From: Armatimonadota bacterium | Lineage (GTDB): Bacteria; Armatimonadota; SYMT01 | Direction: 5' to 3' | Assembly (NCBI GenBank): GCA_041690135.1 | Contig: JAWLHY010000001.1 | Coordinates: 1,284,865 to 1,348,864, forward strand | Length of the DNA stretch: 64,000 bases | In this document: in pieces, positions 36,252-45,344 of the stretch | How positions within the stretch are numbered: the stretch's first letter is position 1 | Layout of the letters: every line of letters begins with the position of its first letter | Notes under the pieces: model-generated | What the model saw: the letters and a program-made list of their open reading frames with translations, nothing else | Database searches by the model: none | Told to the model about the DNA's origin: nothing | Made by a program: the position numbers and the translations under genes

Positions 36252-37025
36252 ATGCCCATCTTCGAAACCCATTGCCATCTAAATAACCGCCAGTTCCAGG
36301 CCGACCGGGAAGCGGTCCTCGCGCGGGCTCAAGCCGCGGGCGTGGCAGAGTTTATGGAAATCGGCTACGACCTGGAATCCAGTCGCGCCGCGGTGGCTTT
36401 CGCCGATCCCGAGGCTGGAAGATACGCCGCCGTTGGGATTCATCCGCACGATGCAGCAAGCTGGAACCTGGAGGCCGAAGCCGAGCTGCGGCGCCTGGCG
36501 GCCCAGCCCGGAGTGGTCGCCATCGGCGAGATCGGCCTCGACTTCTACCGCAACCTTTCGCCCCGCGAGGCGCAGTTCACGGCGTTTCAGGCGCAACTCG
36601 AACTAGCGGCGGAGCTAGGGTTGCCGTTCGTCGTCCACACCCGTGAATCGGTGACCCCCTCCCTGGACGTGCTGGAGCCTTTCGCCCAGCGGGGCGTCCG
36701 TGGGATCATGCATTGCTGGAGTGGAACAGCCGAGGAAGCTCGCCGGGCACGCGCCTTGGGGCTGATCCTGGGGATTGGCGGCGTGGTGACCTACAAGAAT
36801 CCCGGTGAGCTCCCCCAGGCGGTGGCGGAAGCAGGGCTGGAAGAGCTGGTATTGGAGACGGACTGCCCCTACCTCTCGCCCATGCCGCACCGCGGCAAGC
36901 GGAATGAGCCCGCCAATCTTCCCCTGATCGCTATCCGGGTCGCCGAGATCCGCGGCATCAGCGTGGAAGAGGTCTGCGCCGGCACCACCCACACCGCCCG
37001 CTCCCTCCTCCTCCCCAGCCCATAA
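36252..37025 (+). CDS. tatD: TatD family hydrolase
   Basis: MPIFETHCHLN start and GIHPHDA motifs. Confidence 0.9.
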   Translation: MPIFETHCHLNNRQFQADREAVLARAQAAGVAEFMEIGYDLESSRAAVAFADPEAGRYAAVGIHPHDAASWNLEAEAELRRLAAQPGVVAIGEIGLDFYRNLSPREAQFTAFQAQLELAAELGLPFVVHTRESVTPSLDVLEPFAQRGVRGIMHCWSGTAEEARRARALGLILGIGGVVTYKNPGELPQAVAEAGLEELVLETDCPYLSPMPHRGKRNEPANLPLIAIRVAEIRGISVEEVCAGTTHTARSLLLPSP

Positions 37026-37054
37026 ATCCCAAGACCAACCCACCCCTCAGCCAA

Positions 37055-37138
37055 CCTACTCTTACTCTTACTCCTACTCCACTCCACCCCCGCCCCCACA
37101 CCCTCTCCCCCATCCTAATCGTAATCCTCATCTTAATC
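37055..37138. repeat. Hexamer microsatellites (CTTACT/CCTACT and TAATCC-type) with a C-rich core CCACCCCCGCCCCC
   Basis: cctactcttactcttactcctactccactcc ... catcctaatcgtaatcctcatcttaatcgg. Same motif family as 29161-29329 and 30338-30394. Confidence 0.5.
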
Positions 37139-37206
37139 GGCCGTAGGCACGATCCATGGTATAATGGGCCACTTCAATTGGGGTTTCGAAAGTCAGCGGT
37201 GCAACC

Positions 37207-37491
37207 ATGGACGAACAAGAGGCAATCCAGCAGTTTCTGGGGGACCGGCCGGATACGGCCCAACTTCGTGAGTGGCGGACCACCCTGGAAGACCGCCTGA
37301 AGGCGCTGAAGGGTGAGCGTGAGCGGCTGAATGGCGATACGGCGGATAAGCTCGACAGCCGGATCGCGCAACTTGAGAAGCAGATCACCGCACTTTCGGA
37401 AGAGGAGGCGATCACGCAGTTCGTCGAGGATTCCGTACGAGTGACGCTAGCCATGGGAACGGTTTCGGACGGTATGGATGAATTGGACTAA
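37207..37491 (+). CDS. Hypothetical coiled-coil protein
   Basis: Heptad-rich charged sequence in tandem with the next small ORF. Confidence 0.45.
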   Translation: MDEQEAIQQFLGDRPDTAQLREWRTTLEDRLKALKGERERLNGDTADKLDSRIAQLEKQITALSEEEAITQFVEDSVRVTLAMGTVSDGMDELD

Positions 37492-37511
37492 CACGGCGAC
37501 TGGAAAGGAGT

Positions 37512-37874
37512 ATGGAAGTGGAAGTCAGGGATACACATCGACTGGGCGCGCGGATGCTGGCCATCAACATCCGTCTGGCGGAGCTGGACCACGAGTTGCA
37601 GCGTACCCAGGTGCGCGTTCATCACTTGGAAGCACAGTTGGAAGACGCCCGCCTGGCGCGCATGGTCGGTGAGGACGCCGGGAACCCCGAAGAGATCGTG
37701 CCCGAACTGGAGCAGTCGCGCGACAAATTGGAGAACCAGCGCTCCTTCATCAGTGGCGTGCGGGCCAACCTGCGCCAGGCGCGCGCGGATTACATGATGG
37801 CCCGAGTGGCGGAACGCCGCGAGGAGCGCCGGTTGGAAGCCGAGCGAGCCGCGGAAGACGACCCGGTGGAATAA
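37512..37874 (+). CDS. Hypothetical coiled-coil protein
   Basis: GGAAAGGAG RBS 5 nt upstream of the ATG. Helical, heptad-rich sequence. Confidence 0.55.
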   Translation: MEVEVRDTHRLGARMLAINIRLAELDHELQRTQVRVHHLEAQLEDARLARMVGEDAGNPEEIVPELEQSRDKLENQRSFISGVRANLRQARADYMMARVAERREERRLEAERAAEDDPVE

Positions 37875-37888
37875 CGGACGGAGACTTC

Positions 37889-39259
37889 ATGTCCACGACA
37901 CGGAAGCCTCGGGCGAGCCTCCACACGCTCGGGTGTAAAGTCAACCAGTACGAAACTCGGGAGACGGCGGCGGAGTTGCTCGCACTCGGCTACGAGGTCG
38001 TGCCCTTCGGACAGCCGGTGGATGTCTGCGTCGTCAATACCTGTTCGGTAACGAATGAGGCGGACGTGAAGTCCCGCGCGGCCATCCGCCGCGCGGGACG
38101 CACCGGCGACGATCCGCTCATCGTGGCCACCGGGTGCTATGCGGATGTGGCGCCCGAGGAAGTGGCGGGCCTGCCCGGCGTGGCGGCCGTGGTCCCCAAC
38201 CGCGAGAAGCCGCGCCTGGCCGAGATCGTGGACGAAACGGTGCGGCTCAGTGGCCGGCTGCTATTCGATCTTCCCGCCGCCGAACCAGCTGCACCCGAAT
38301 CGGCTCCCCGGGAAGAGGGCCTGATCCAACTGCTCCACGCCGCGGAAGGGGTGATGGCCCGGACCCGCGCGGTGATCAAGATTCAGGACGGCTGCAACCA
38401 CTTTTGCTCCTTCTGCATCATCCCGTTCGCGCGAGGACGCCTGCGTAGCCGCGCGGCGGCAGAGGTCTTGCAGGAGGCTCGCGTGCTGGCGAAGCGCGGC
38501 TATCGTGAATTGGTCCTGACGGGGATTTGCATCGGCGATTACGGGGATGAGAAGGGATTCGCGCGGGGAGAGCGGGACCCGCTGGCCCTTTTGTTGGAAG
38601 ACCTGGCCGCGATACCCGGCATCGAACGGATTCGCTTGAGCTCGATCGACCCCGCGGATACCAGTCGCGACCTGTTGGAGACCATGGCCCGCGTTCCCCA
38701 GGTCTGCCGGCACCTGCACCTCTCTCTCCAGGCGGGGGACGAAGAGGTGCTGCGGCGGATGCGCCGGCGCTATACCGCGGCGCGGTTCAGCGAGCTTGTG
38801 TCGCAGATTTACGAATGGATGCCGGATGCCGGTCTCACCTGCGACGTGATCGTGGGCTTCCCCGGCGAGACCGAGGAGCAGTTCGCGCAGACCTATTCGC
38901 TGTGCGAGCAGTCCCGGTTCTGCAAGATTCACGCATTTCCCTACAGCCCGCGGAGCGGCACCCAGGCGGCGCGTTGGGAGGACGATGTTCCCGCGGCGGA
39001 GAAGCAACGGCGCGTGCGCGAGTTGGTCGCGCTCTCCGACCGGCTTGGGTTGGAGTTTAGCCAGCGCTACCTGGGGGAAACGGTGACCGTGCTGGTGGAA
39101 CAGCGCGACCGGCGTACGGGCCTCCTGGGTGGGCTGACGGGGAACTATCTCCGCGTCAGTTTCGAGGGCGATGATCGCTTGCGGGGGCAAATCCTGCCCG
39201 TCCAGGTGCAAAGCGCCGGATCGGAAGGGTGCTCGGGTACGCCTGTCGAAACTCCGTAG
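37889..39259 (+). CDS. mtaB: Radical-SAM methylthiotransferase (MtaB-like, MiaB/RimO family)
   Basis: N-terminal MTTase domain (LGCKVNQYE), radical SAM CNHFCSFC motif and a C-terminal TRAM-like domain. Confidence 0.9.
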   Translation: MSTTRKPRASLHTLGCKVNQYETRETAAELLALGYEVVPFGQPVDVCVVNTCSVTNEADVKSRAAIRRAGRTGDDPLIVATGCYADVAPEEVAGLPGVAAVVPNREKPRLAEIVDETVRLSGRLLFDLPAAEPAAPESAPREEGLIQLLHAAEGVMARTRAVIKIQDGCNHFCSFCIIPFARGRLRSRAAAEVLQEARVLAKRGYRELVLTGICIGDYGDEKGFARGERDPLALLLEDLAAIPGIERIRLSSIDPADTSRDLLETMARVPQVCRHLHLSLQAGDEEVLRRMRRRYTAARFSELVSQIYEWMPDAGLTCDVIVGFPGETEEQFAQTYSLCEQSRFCKIHAFPYSPRSGTQAARWEDDVPAAEKQRRVRELVALSDRLGLEFSQRYLGETVTVLVEQRDRRTGLLGGLTGNYLRVSFEGDDRLRGQILPVQVQSAGSEGCSGTPVETP

Positions 39260-39271
39260 GGGTAACTCACG

Positions 39272-39613
39272 ATGTCCTGTATTTTTTGCCGGATCGCCGC
39301 GGGCGAAATTCCCACGAATAAAGTTGTGGAGAACGACCACGTGGTGGCGTTTCACGATCTCAACCCGCAGGCTCCCGTGCATGTCCTGGTGATACCCATG
39401 CGGCATGTGGTGAACGTGGGGAGCGCCGAGCCCGCCGATGCGGAGGCCCTGGCGCAGGTCCTCCTCGCCTGTCGCCAGGTGGCGGAGAAGTGCGGCGTTG
39501 CCGAAAGCGGTTTTCGGGTGGTGCTCAATACCAACGCCGACGCCGGCCAGAGTGTCGACCACCTGCATGCTCATGTCCTGGGTGGCCGCCATCTGGCGTG
39601 GCCGCCGGGGTAG
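39272..39613 (+). CDS. HIT family protein
   Basis: HLHAHVLGG histidine triad. Confidence 0.9.
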   Translation: MSCIFCRIAAGEIPTNKVVENDHVVAFHDLNPQAPVHVLVIPMRHVVNVGSAEPADAEALAQVLLACRQVAEKCGVAESGFRVVLNTNADAGQSVDHLHAHVLGGRHLAWPPG

Positions 39614-39699
39614 CCTTGACTGTGCGCGGGAAGGTCCCGTATACTGTGGGTTGCGTCCGCCTGTCGGACATCCATCTTACAAGGGAAGGGGTGAACTAG

Positions 39700-39897
39700 T
39701 TGGCTCAGGTCCAGGTTAAGCCGAATGAATCGCTGGATCAGGCGCTGCGCCGCTTTAAGAAGCAGCTGCAGCAGTCCGGCATTCTCAAGGAAGCGCGCGA
39801 GCACGAGCATTATGAAAAGCCGAGCGATAAGAAGCGCAAGGCGATGGCGGCGCGCCGGCGCAAGGCGCGTGCGGATGCTATGCGGGCTCGCGGGTAA
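39700..39897 (+). CDS. rpsU: 30S ribosomal protein S21
   Basis: TTG start with an [25 protein letters not shown]...[15 protein letters not shown] pattern. Confidence 0.92.
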   Translation: MAQVQVKPNESLDQALRRFKKQLQQSGILKEAREHEHYEKPSDKKRKAMAARRRKARADAMRARG

Positions 39898-40118
39898 GCC
39901 GGCTTTCACATCCTTCTAAATGCTGATTAGCAATGGGGCCGCCGGGGACTCTTCCTCGACGCGAAACACCGGCGGTCCCTCTATTCATCGGTCCAGCTCT
40001 ATTACTTTCGTAGCAAACCGATTCCCTCACAGGCCGTGCATCGCATCGGGTGAGCCCCGTGAGATCAGCGTAAGCCCCCGGTCTCACGTCACCAGGTCCG
40101 CACGAGGACAGGACACCC

Positions 40119-42353
40119 TTGTCCACCAGGTCTAGCCGCAAGAAAAAGTTAACCCGCGCGCAGGTGGTGTGGAGACGCTGGGTAGACTGGCGTAAGATCC
40201 TGATCGCCGTCTGCACGGGCATCTTTATTGCCGCTCTCCTCACCGTTCGCCTGCTTCCCGATAAGGTGGCGGTAAAGCCCGGGGACGCGGCTCCTGGAGA
40301 TGTGTTCGCCGGTCGCTACGTCCGTTATCCGGACCACGTCCGTACGGAGCACCTTCGCGACCTTGTGGCGAAACAGGTTCCCCGGGTCTACCATCCCGTG
40401 GCCAACGCCGACTCCGAGTCCCGCGGCGAGATTCGCGCGTTCTTTGAGGCGGCCGCGCAACTCCGTGACGAGAAGCCTGTCCCACCGAAGGAGCAGCAGC
40501 TCCAGCGGCTATCCAAAGCAGCGCCAAACCTCGCCCCCGAGCATCTGGAGATCGCGCTCCGCCTCCGCGGACCTCAGTTGAGAGCGGCGGAACAGAGCGC
40601 TCTCCGCTTGGCGGCCGACGTGATGCGGCGTCCGATCTCGCCCGAGAACCTGGAAGATGAGCGGGCCTGGGTGCGGAGTCGCACCTCGGATGCAAACCTC
40701 ACGCCCGAGGCAAATACCCTGGTCCGGGAAATCGTGGCCGTCAATTTGCTCGCCAACCAGCATTACAACGAGCAGGAGACGGAAGCGGCCCGCCGGCGGG
40801 AGCGTGAGCGGGTGGCCACCCAATATGAAACGATCCGCCGTGGCGATCTGATCCTCCGGAAGGGCGATACGGTCACCGAGGAGCACATGTCCAAGCTCCG
40901 TGCCCTCGGCCTCGTGCGGGAACAGATCGATGTCTGGACCGCCGTTAGCCTAATCCTCCTGGCTTTCGGTCTGGTCGCGGTCTTCTGTCTCTACCTCTAC
41001 CAGTTCCACCCACGGATCCTGCGCAGCGTCAACGAACTACTGCTCATCTCGGTTGTGGTTTGCGGCTGTTTGTTGCTGTACCGCCTGGGCAGCACCGCGT
41101 TGGGGCTGCGATTTTCCGGTGAACAGCTCGGCTTCATCGGCATGGTCTGCTCCGCCCTGGGGGCGATGCTCATCGCCTCTCTGTTGTGCCCGCAGATCGC
41201 GGTTTTCGTCGGGGTGGCCCTGGCGCTGCTGACCTCCGTGCAGGTTGGCGCCGAGTTGAAGTTCGCGATCCTCTCGATCGTGAGTAGCCTGGTGGGAGTG
41301 CAGGCGGTCAGCACGATCCGCAACCGGGACGGCATTCTGCGCGCCTGTTTCACCGTCTCGGCCGTAAATGCGGTTACGGCGTTGGTGGCGCACGGGGCAA
41401 CGGAAGCGACGTTGCCCAACGAGCTGTCGCAGTTGGGGCAGAACGCCGTTTGGGCCACCGGCGGCGGCTTCATGTCGGTGATGCTTTTTGTGCTCTTTGC
41501 TGCGTGGCTGGAGCGCCCCTTCCGGCTGACCACCCATCTCACTCTCCTGGAGCTCTCCGATCCCAGCCATCCGCTCCTTCGCCGGTTGCAAATGGAGGCG
41601 CCCGGCACGTATCACCACAGCATCATCGTGGGGAACCTGTCCGAGGCCGCCGCGGAAGCGATCGGTGCCGATGCACTCTTCTGTCGGGTCTCCTCGCTTT
41701 ATCACGACGTGGGGAAGGTAGTGCGGCCGCACTTCTTCGTGGAGAACCAGTCGTCCGAGAACCTGCACGACAACATCAATCCTTCCCTCTCCTCGCTGAT
41801 CGTCACATCGCACGTGAAGGATGGCGTGGAACTGGCGGAGGAGCATCGTCTGCCGCCGCCCCTCATCGCCATCATCCGCGAGCATCACGGCACCTGCCTC
41901 ATCAAGTACTTCTACCACCGGGCCGTTACCACGGGCGAAGAGGCCTCGCCTGCGCTGGAGTTCCAGTTCCGCTACGAGGGCCCTCGCCCGCAAACCAAGG
42001 AATCCGGAATCATCATGGTGGCCGACGCGGTAGAGGCGGCCTCCCGGACGTTGGATAAGCCCACCCCAGGTAGGATTCGTGATCTGATCGAACGGATCGT
42101 GCGCGACCGTTTGACCGACGGGCAGTTCGACGAGTGTGAGCTGACCTTTAAGGATCTGGAAAAGGTCATCACCTCCATGACCCGATCACTCACTAGCCTG
42201 CTCCACGCGCGGGTAGAATATCCTGTAGGGGATACATCGGAGATGAGGAGACTGGCGGCGGATGGAGCTGCAGGTAAAGAATCTATGGGGAAGGCGCTAT
42301 CCGATACCCCGGAAGCAGCTCCTGGACCTTACAGCCGCCCTGTTGGACGCTGA
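40119..42353 (+). CDS. 7TM-receptor-linked HD/HDIG phosphohydrolase (YqfF-like)
   Basis: N-terminal extracellular region, a 7-TM block, and a C-terminal HD domain (HHSIIVG...LYHDVGK). Confidence 0.88.
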   Translation: MSTRSSRKKKLTRAQVVWRRWVDWRKILIAVCTGIFIAALLTVRLLPDKVAVKPGDAAPGDVFAGRYVRYPDHVRTEHLRDLVAKQVPRVYHPVANADSESRGEIRAFFEAAAQLRDEKPVPPKEQQLQRLSKAAPNLAPEHLEIALRLRGPQLRAAEQSALRLAADVMRRPISPENLEDERAWVRSRTSDANLTPEANTLVREIVAVNLLANQHYNEQETEAARRRERERVATQYETIRRGDLILRKGDTVTEEHMSKLRALGLVREQIDVWTAVSLILLAFGLVAVFCLYLYQFHPRILRSVNELLLISVVVCGCLLLYRLGSTALGLRFSGEQLGFIGMVCSALGAMLIASLLCPQIAVFVGVALALLTSVQVGAELKFAILSIVSSLVGVQAVSTIRNRDGILRACFTVSAVNAVTALVAHGATEATLPNELSQLGQNAVWATGGGFMSVMLFVLFAAWLERPFRLTTHLTLLELSDPSHPLLRRLQMEAPGTYHHSIIVGNLSEAAAEAIGADALFCRVSSLYHDVGKVVRPHFFVENQSSENLHDNINPSLSSLIVTSHVKDGVELAEEHRLPPPLIAIIREHHGTCLIKYFYHRAVTTGEEASPALEFQFRYEGPRPQTKESGIIMVADAVEAASRTLDKPTPGRIRDLIERIVRDRLTDGQFDECELTFKDLEKVITSMTRSLTSLLHARVEYPVGDTSEMRRLAADGAAGKESMGKALSDTPEAAPGPYSRPVGR

Positions 42354-42714
42354 AGGGATTCCCAACCGGGGCGCGGAGGTGTCGGTGGTCTTCTGCGACG
42401 ACGCCTTCATCCATACGCTCAACCGGGACTATCGCGGCTTCGATAAGCCTACTGACGTCTTGAGTTTTCCCCAGGATGTGGAAGCCGGCGTGCTGGGAGA
42501 TGTGGTGATTTCAGTTCCCACCGCCGCCCGCCAGGCGGAAGCGCAGGGGCATGCGTTGGAGCGAGAAGTCGAATGGCTGTACGTCCACGGCCTGCTGCAC
42601 CTCGTGGGCTACGATGATTCGACCGATGAAGAAGCCGAAGAGATGAACCGTCGCGCTCGGATCGTTCTGGAACGACTGGCTGCACTGCAGAGCGGCCAGA
42701 CTGTCGAGCAGTAG
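42262..42714 (+). CDS. ybeY: rRNA maturation endoribonuclease YbeY
   Basis: [10 protein letters not shown] and [11 protein letters not shown] motifs. The N-terminus aligns with E. coli YbeY from residue 1, which implies a 92-nt overlap with the upstream gene. Confidence 0.9.
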   Translation: MELQVKNLWGRRYPIPRKQLLDLTAALLDAEGIPNRGAEVSVVFCDDAFIHTLNRDYRGFDKPTDVLSFPQDVEAGVLGDVVISVPTAARQAEAQGHALEREVEWLYVHGLLHLVGYDDSTDEEAEEMNRRARIVLERLAALQSGQTVEQ

Positions 42715-42716
42715 TC

Positions 42717-43478
42717 GTGCTGCGCTCAAAGAGCCCCATCGATAGTTTCGGTCACGCCCTGAACGGGGTGCTGCTGAGTTTTCGCACGCAGCGGCACCTG
42801 CGTATCCATTTCGTGCTGGCGGTGCTCGTCCTGGTGGCGGGCTTCCTCTGGAACCTGACGCGGGCGGAGCTCCTCATTCTCACCTTTGCCATTGCGCTGG
42901 TGATCATGGCGGAGTTGTTCAACACGGCAGTGGAGACGGTCGTCGACCTGATTACCACGGACTACCATCCTCTCGCCAAAGTCGCCAAGGATGTGGCGGC
43001 GGGCGCGGTGCTGGTCACCGCCGTCAACGCCGCTCTCTGTGGAGTGCTCCTGTTTCTTGATGTGGAAGCGCTCCGGAAGCGTCTGCACTATCCCCCGGAA
43101 GAGGGGAACCCGGTGCAGGTCTTCGCCGTCGGTTTCGTGCTCCTACTCATTCTTCTCGTCATCTGGAAGGTAAAGGGAGGCCGCGGGACTTTTCTCCACG
43201 GTGGGGTGGTGAGCGGGCATTCCGCCATCGCGTTCTTCCTTTGTACGATCATACTGCTGCTCACGCAGCATCCCCTGGTCGCATTCGTCGCGATCTTGCT
43301 TGCCTTGCTGGTGTCCCAGAGCCGGGTGGAAGCCGGCGTACACTCCGTCCGGGAAGTGCTCTTCGGTGCGCTGCTGGGAATGCTCATTCCCGTGCTCCTG
43401 TACCGGATGATCCCTGCTGTGATCCAACAGTTCTCCGGACGGCTCCTGGGAGCCGGGAATTGGATCCATGGACCCTGA
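42717..43478 (+). CDS. dgkA: Diacylglycerol kinase (DgkA-type) fused to a PAP2-like phosphatase module
   Basis: N-terminal 120 aa are DgkA-like. The C-terminal half carries PAP2-like motifs (...VVSGHSA... and SRVEAGVHSVREVLFGALLG). Confidence 0.8.
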   Translation: MLRSKSPIDSFGHALNGVLLSFRTQRHLRIHFVLAVLVLVAGFLWNLTRAELLILTFAIALVIMAELFNTAVETVVDLITTDYHPLAKVAKDVAAGAVLVTAVNAALCGVLLFLDVEALRKRLHYPPEEGNPVQVFAVGFVLLLILLVIWKVKGGRGTFLHGGVVSGHSAIAFFLCTIILLLTQHPLVAFVAILLALLVSQSRVEAGVHSVREVLFGALLGMLIPVLLYRMIPAVIQQFSGRLLGAGNWIHGP

Positions 43479-44844
43479 CCCCTGGTTATACTCGGCAGTC
43501 GTTCTCGTCATTCTCCTGCTGCTCGCCCTGGCGCTCCTTTCGAGCCTGGAGACCGCTGTGCTCTCTGCCCGGCGTTCGCGTTTGGCTCACCTGCAACCTT
43601 CTCCCGCCGTGCAACGCGCGGAAGCAGTCCTGGAGGACCCGAACCAGTTCCAGAGCAGCGCGCACCTCGCCAAGTCGTTCTGCGAGGCTGCCATTTATCC
43701 GGCTGCCGCCATTGCCGGCCTCGACCTGGCTCTCCGCGTGGCGGGCCCACAGGCTGTCGCTTCGGGGCCCTTCAGCCTTCTCACCCTCGCCTGGCCGGGA
43801 CTGCTGCTGGGTCCCCTGCTGGCCTACTTTTGCGTGGTCCTGTTGGGTGAGGTGCTGCCCAAGGCGGTGGCAACGCGGCATCCGGAGCAAACGCTGCTCC
43901 GCTGGTCCGGTTTCATCCGCACTTTCACGCTGGCTTTCACCCCCTTTCACTGGCTGGCCCGCCAGGCCGCCCAGGCCCTGACGCTTCCGATTGGGGTAGC
44001 ACCCCACCTGGCAACGCGCGCCGCCCATTCGGAAGAGGAGATCAAGCTACTGGTGGAGGACAGCGCCGAGGAAGGCGTGCTCGAAGAGGACGAGAAGGAG
44101 ATGATCCAGTCGATCTTCGAGTTTACCGACACCATTGCGCGCCAGATCATGGTGCCCCGGATCGACATTCACAGCGCCCGCGAGGAGGCCTCCCTCGACG
44201 AGTTGGTGGGTGTTGCGCTGGAAAGCGGCCATTCGCGAATTCCCGTCTATCGCGACACGCTCGACCGTGTCGTGGGCATCGTCCATGTCAAAGACCTGTT
44301 GCCTTACCTGGTGAAAGGCAAACTCAACACGCCGATCCGTACCCTGATGCGCGAACCGTTCTTCGTGCCGGAAGGCAAGAAGATCGATGAGCTGCTCCAG
44401 GAGTTCCGCTCCCACAAGAGCCAGCTGGCCATCGTGGTGGATGAGTACGGCGGGACCAGCGGATTGGTGACCATTGAAGACGTGCTGGAAGAGATCGTCG
44501 GCGAGATCGAGGACGAATACGATGTCGAAGAGCAACCGGGTGCTGAAGTTCTCGCGGCCGGCGAAGGGGCGTTGATTGATGCCCGGATGTCCGTAGACGA
44601 CGTTAACGAGTCGCTCGGTTTCGACCTGCCCCAGGGCGACTACGATACCCTCGGCGGCTTCGTGTTCAGCCTGTTTGGTCGCCCGCCTTCGGTAGGGGAT
44701 GCCGTGAGCCACAACGGATACGAGTTCGTGGTGGAAGCCACGGAGGGCCTCCGCATCCTCAAGGTTCGGGTGCTTCTGCACCCGAATGAAGACGAGCCGG
44801 CCGCTCCCGATGCCGCATCCTTTTCCGTTTCCGAGCCCTCCTGA
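43468..44844 (+). CDS. CNNM/CorC-HlyC family protein (DUF21 + CBS pair + CorC_HlyC)
   Basis: DUF21 TM N-terminus, CBS pair and a C-terminal transporter-associated domain. Confidence 0.9.
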   Translation: MDPDPWLYSAVVLVILLLLALALLSSLETAVLSARRSRLAHLQPSPAVQRAEAVLEDPNQFQSSAHLAKSFCEAAIYPAAAIAGLDLALRVAGPQAVASGPFSLLTLAWPGLLLGPLLAYFCVVLLGEVLPKAVATRHPEQTLLRWSGFIRTFTLAFTPFHWLARQAAQALTLPIGVAPHLATRAAHSEEEIKLLVEDSAEEGVLEEDEKEMIQSIFEFTDTIARQIMVPRIDIHSAREEASLDELVGVALESGHSRIPVYRDTLDRVVGIVHVKDLLPYLVKGKLNTPIRTLMREPFFVPEGKKIDELLQEFRSHKSQLAIVVDEYGGTSGLVTIEDVLEEIVGEIEDEYDVEEQPGAEVLAAGEGALIDARMSVDDVNESLGFDLPQGDYDTLGGFVFSLFGRPPSVGDAVSHNGYEFVVEATEGLRILKVRVLLHPNEDEPAAPDAASFSVSEPS

Positions 44845-44921
44845 AGTCCGGAAGGGCTCGCTCACAGGGGGGATGAGCCGCAGTAAATGCCCGCGCGCCC
44901 TGGGAACTGCTGCCTTCAGCC

Positions 44922-44961
44922 CGCGTGCTACGTCCGGCTGCTACCAGCCGGACGTAGCACG
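44922..44961 (+). promoter_or_regulatory. Perfect 18-bp stem / 4-nt loop hairpin
   Basis: GCGTGCTACGTCCGGCTG-CTAC-CAGCCGGACGTAGCACGC, about 80 nt past the corC-like stop and with no U-tract. A second weaker hairpin (CGAGCCCTCC...GGAAGGGCTCG) overlaps the stop codon itself. Confidence 0.45.
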
Positions 44962-44964
44962 CCT

Positions 44965-45160
44965 CGGCTTGTAGTAGCCGGGCTTTAGCCCACGTGTTCG
45001 CGAGCCTGATCACGGCGCCTGCTTGGAACAACAACCACATTCCATGTTTACGGTTCCCCCAGGCTTGTAGTAGCCGGGCTTCAGCCCGCGTGTTCGCGAG
45101 CTTGGCGATGGAGCCTGTTGTGGGGCAAGTAACCCCGTCCGTGTGTACGGTTCCCCGGGT
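44965..45160. repeat. Imperfect tandem duplication, about 96-bp unit x2
   Basis: Units begin GGCTTGTAGTAGCCGGGCTTYAGCCCRCGTGTTCGCGAGCYTG and end TTTACGGTTCCCC. A partial third copy overlaps the upstream hairpin. Confidence 0.55.
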
Positions 45161-45274
45161 CAGGGGCGCCAAAGGGCCTGGTCGTGGACACAGACAGCGC
45201 AAGAGCGTCTTGTGACCAGCCTGACCATCCGCATCTGTGGCGTTGAAGCGCTTCCCCTTTAGGGTTGTGCAGAA

Positions 45275-45312
45275 GAAAGGGGTGGTGCAACATCTGTTGC
45301 GCCACCCCTTTC
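45275..45312 (-). terminator. Hairpin directly after the stop of the SBBP-repeat gene (18-bp stem, one mismatch)
   Basis: GAAAGGGGTGGTGCAACA-tc-TGTTGCGCCACCCCTTTC. On the minus strand it is followed by TTCTTCTG, a weak U-tract. Confidence 0.5.
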
Positions 45313-45344
45313 AGGCGTTCAGCTAATTCGCGCCGGTCGGCTTC

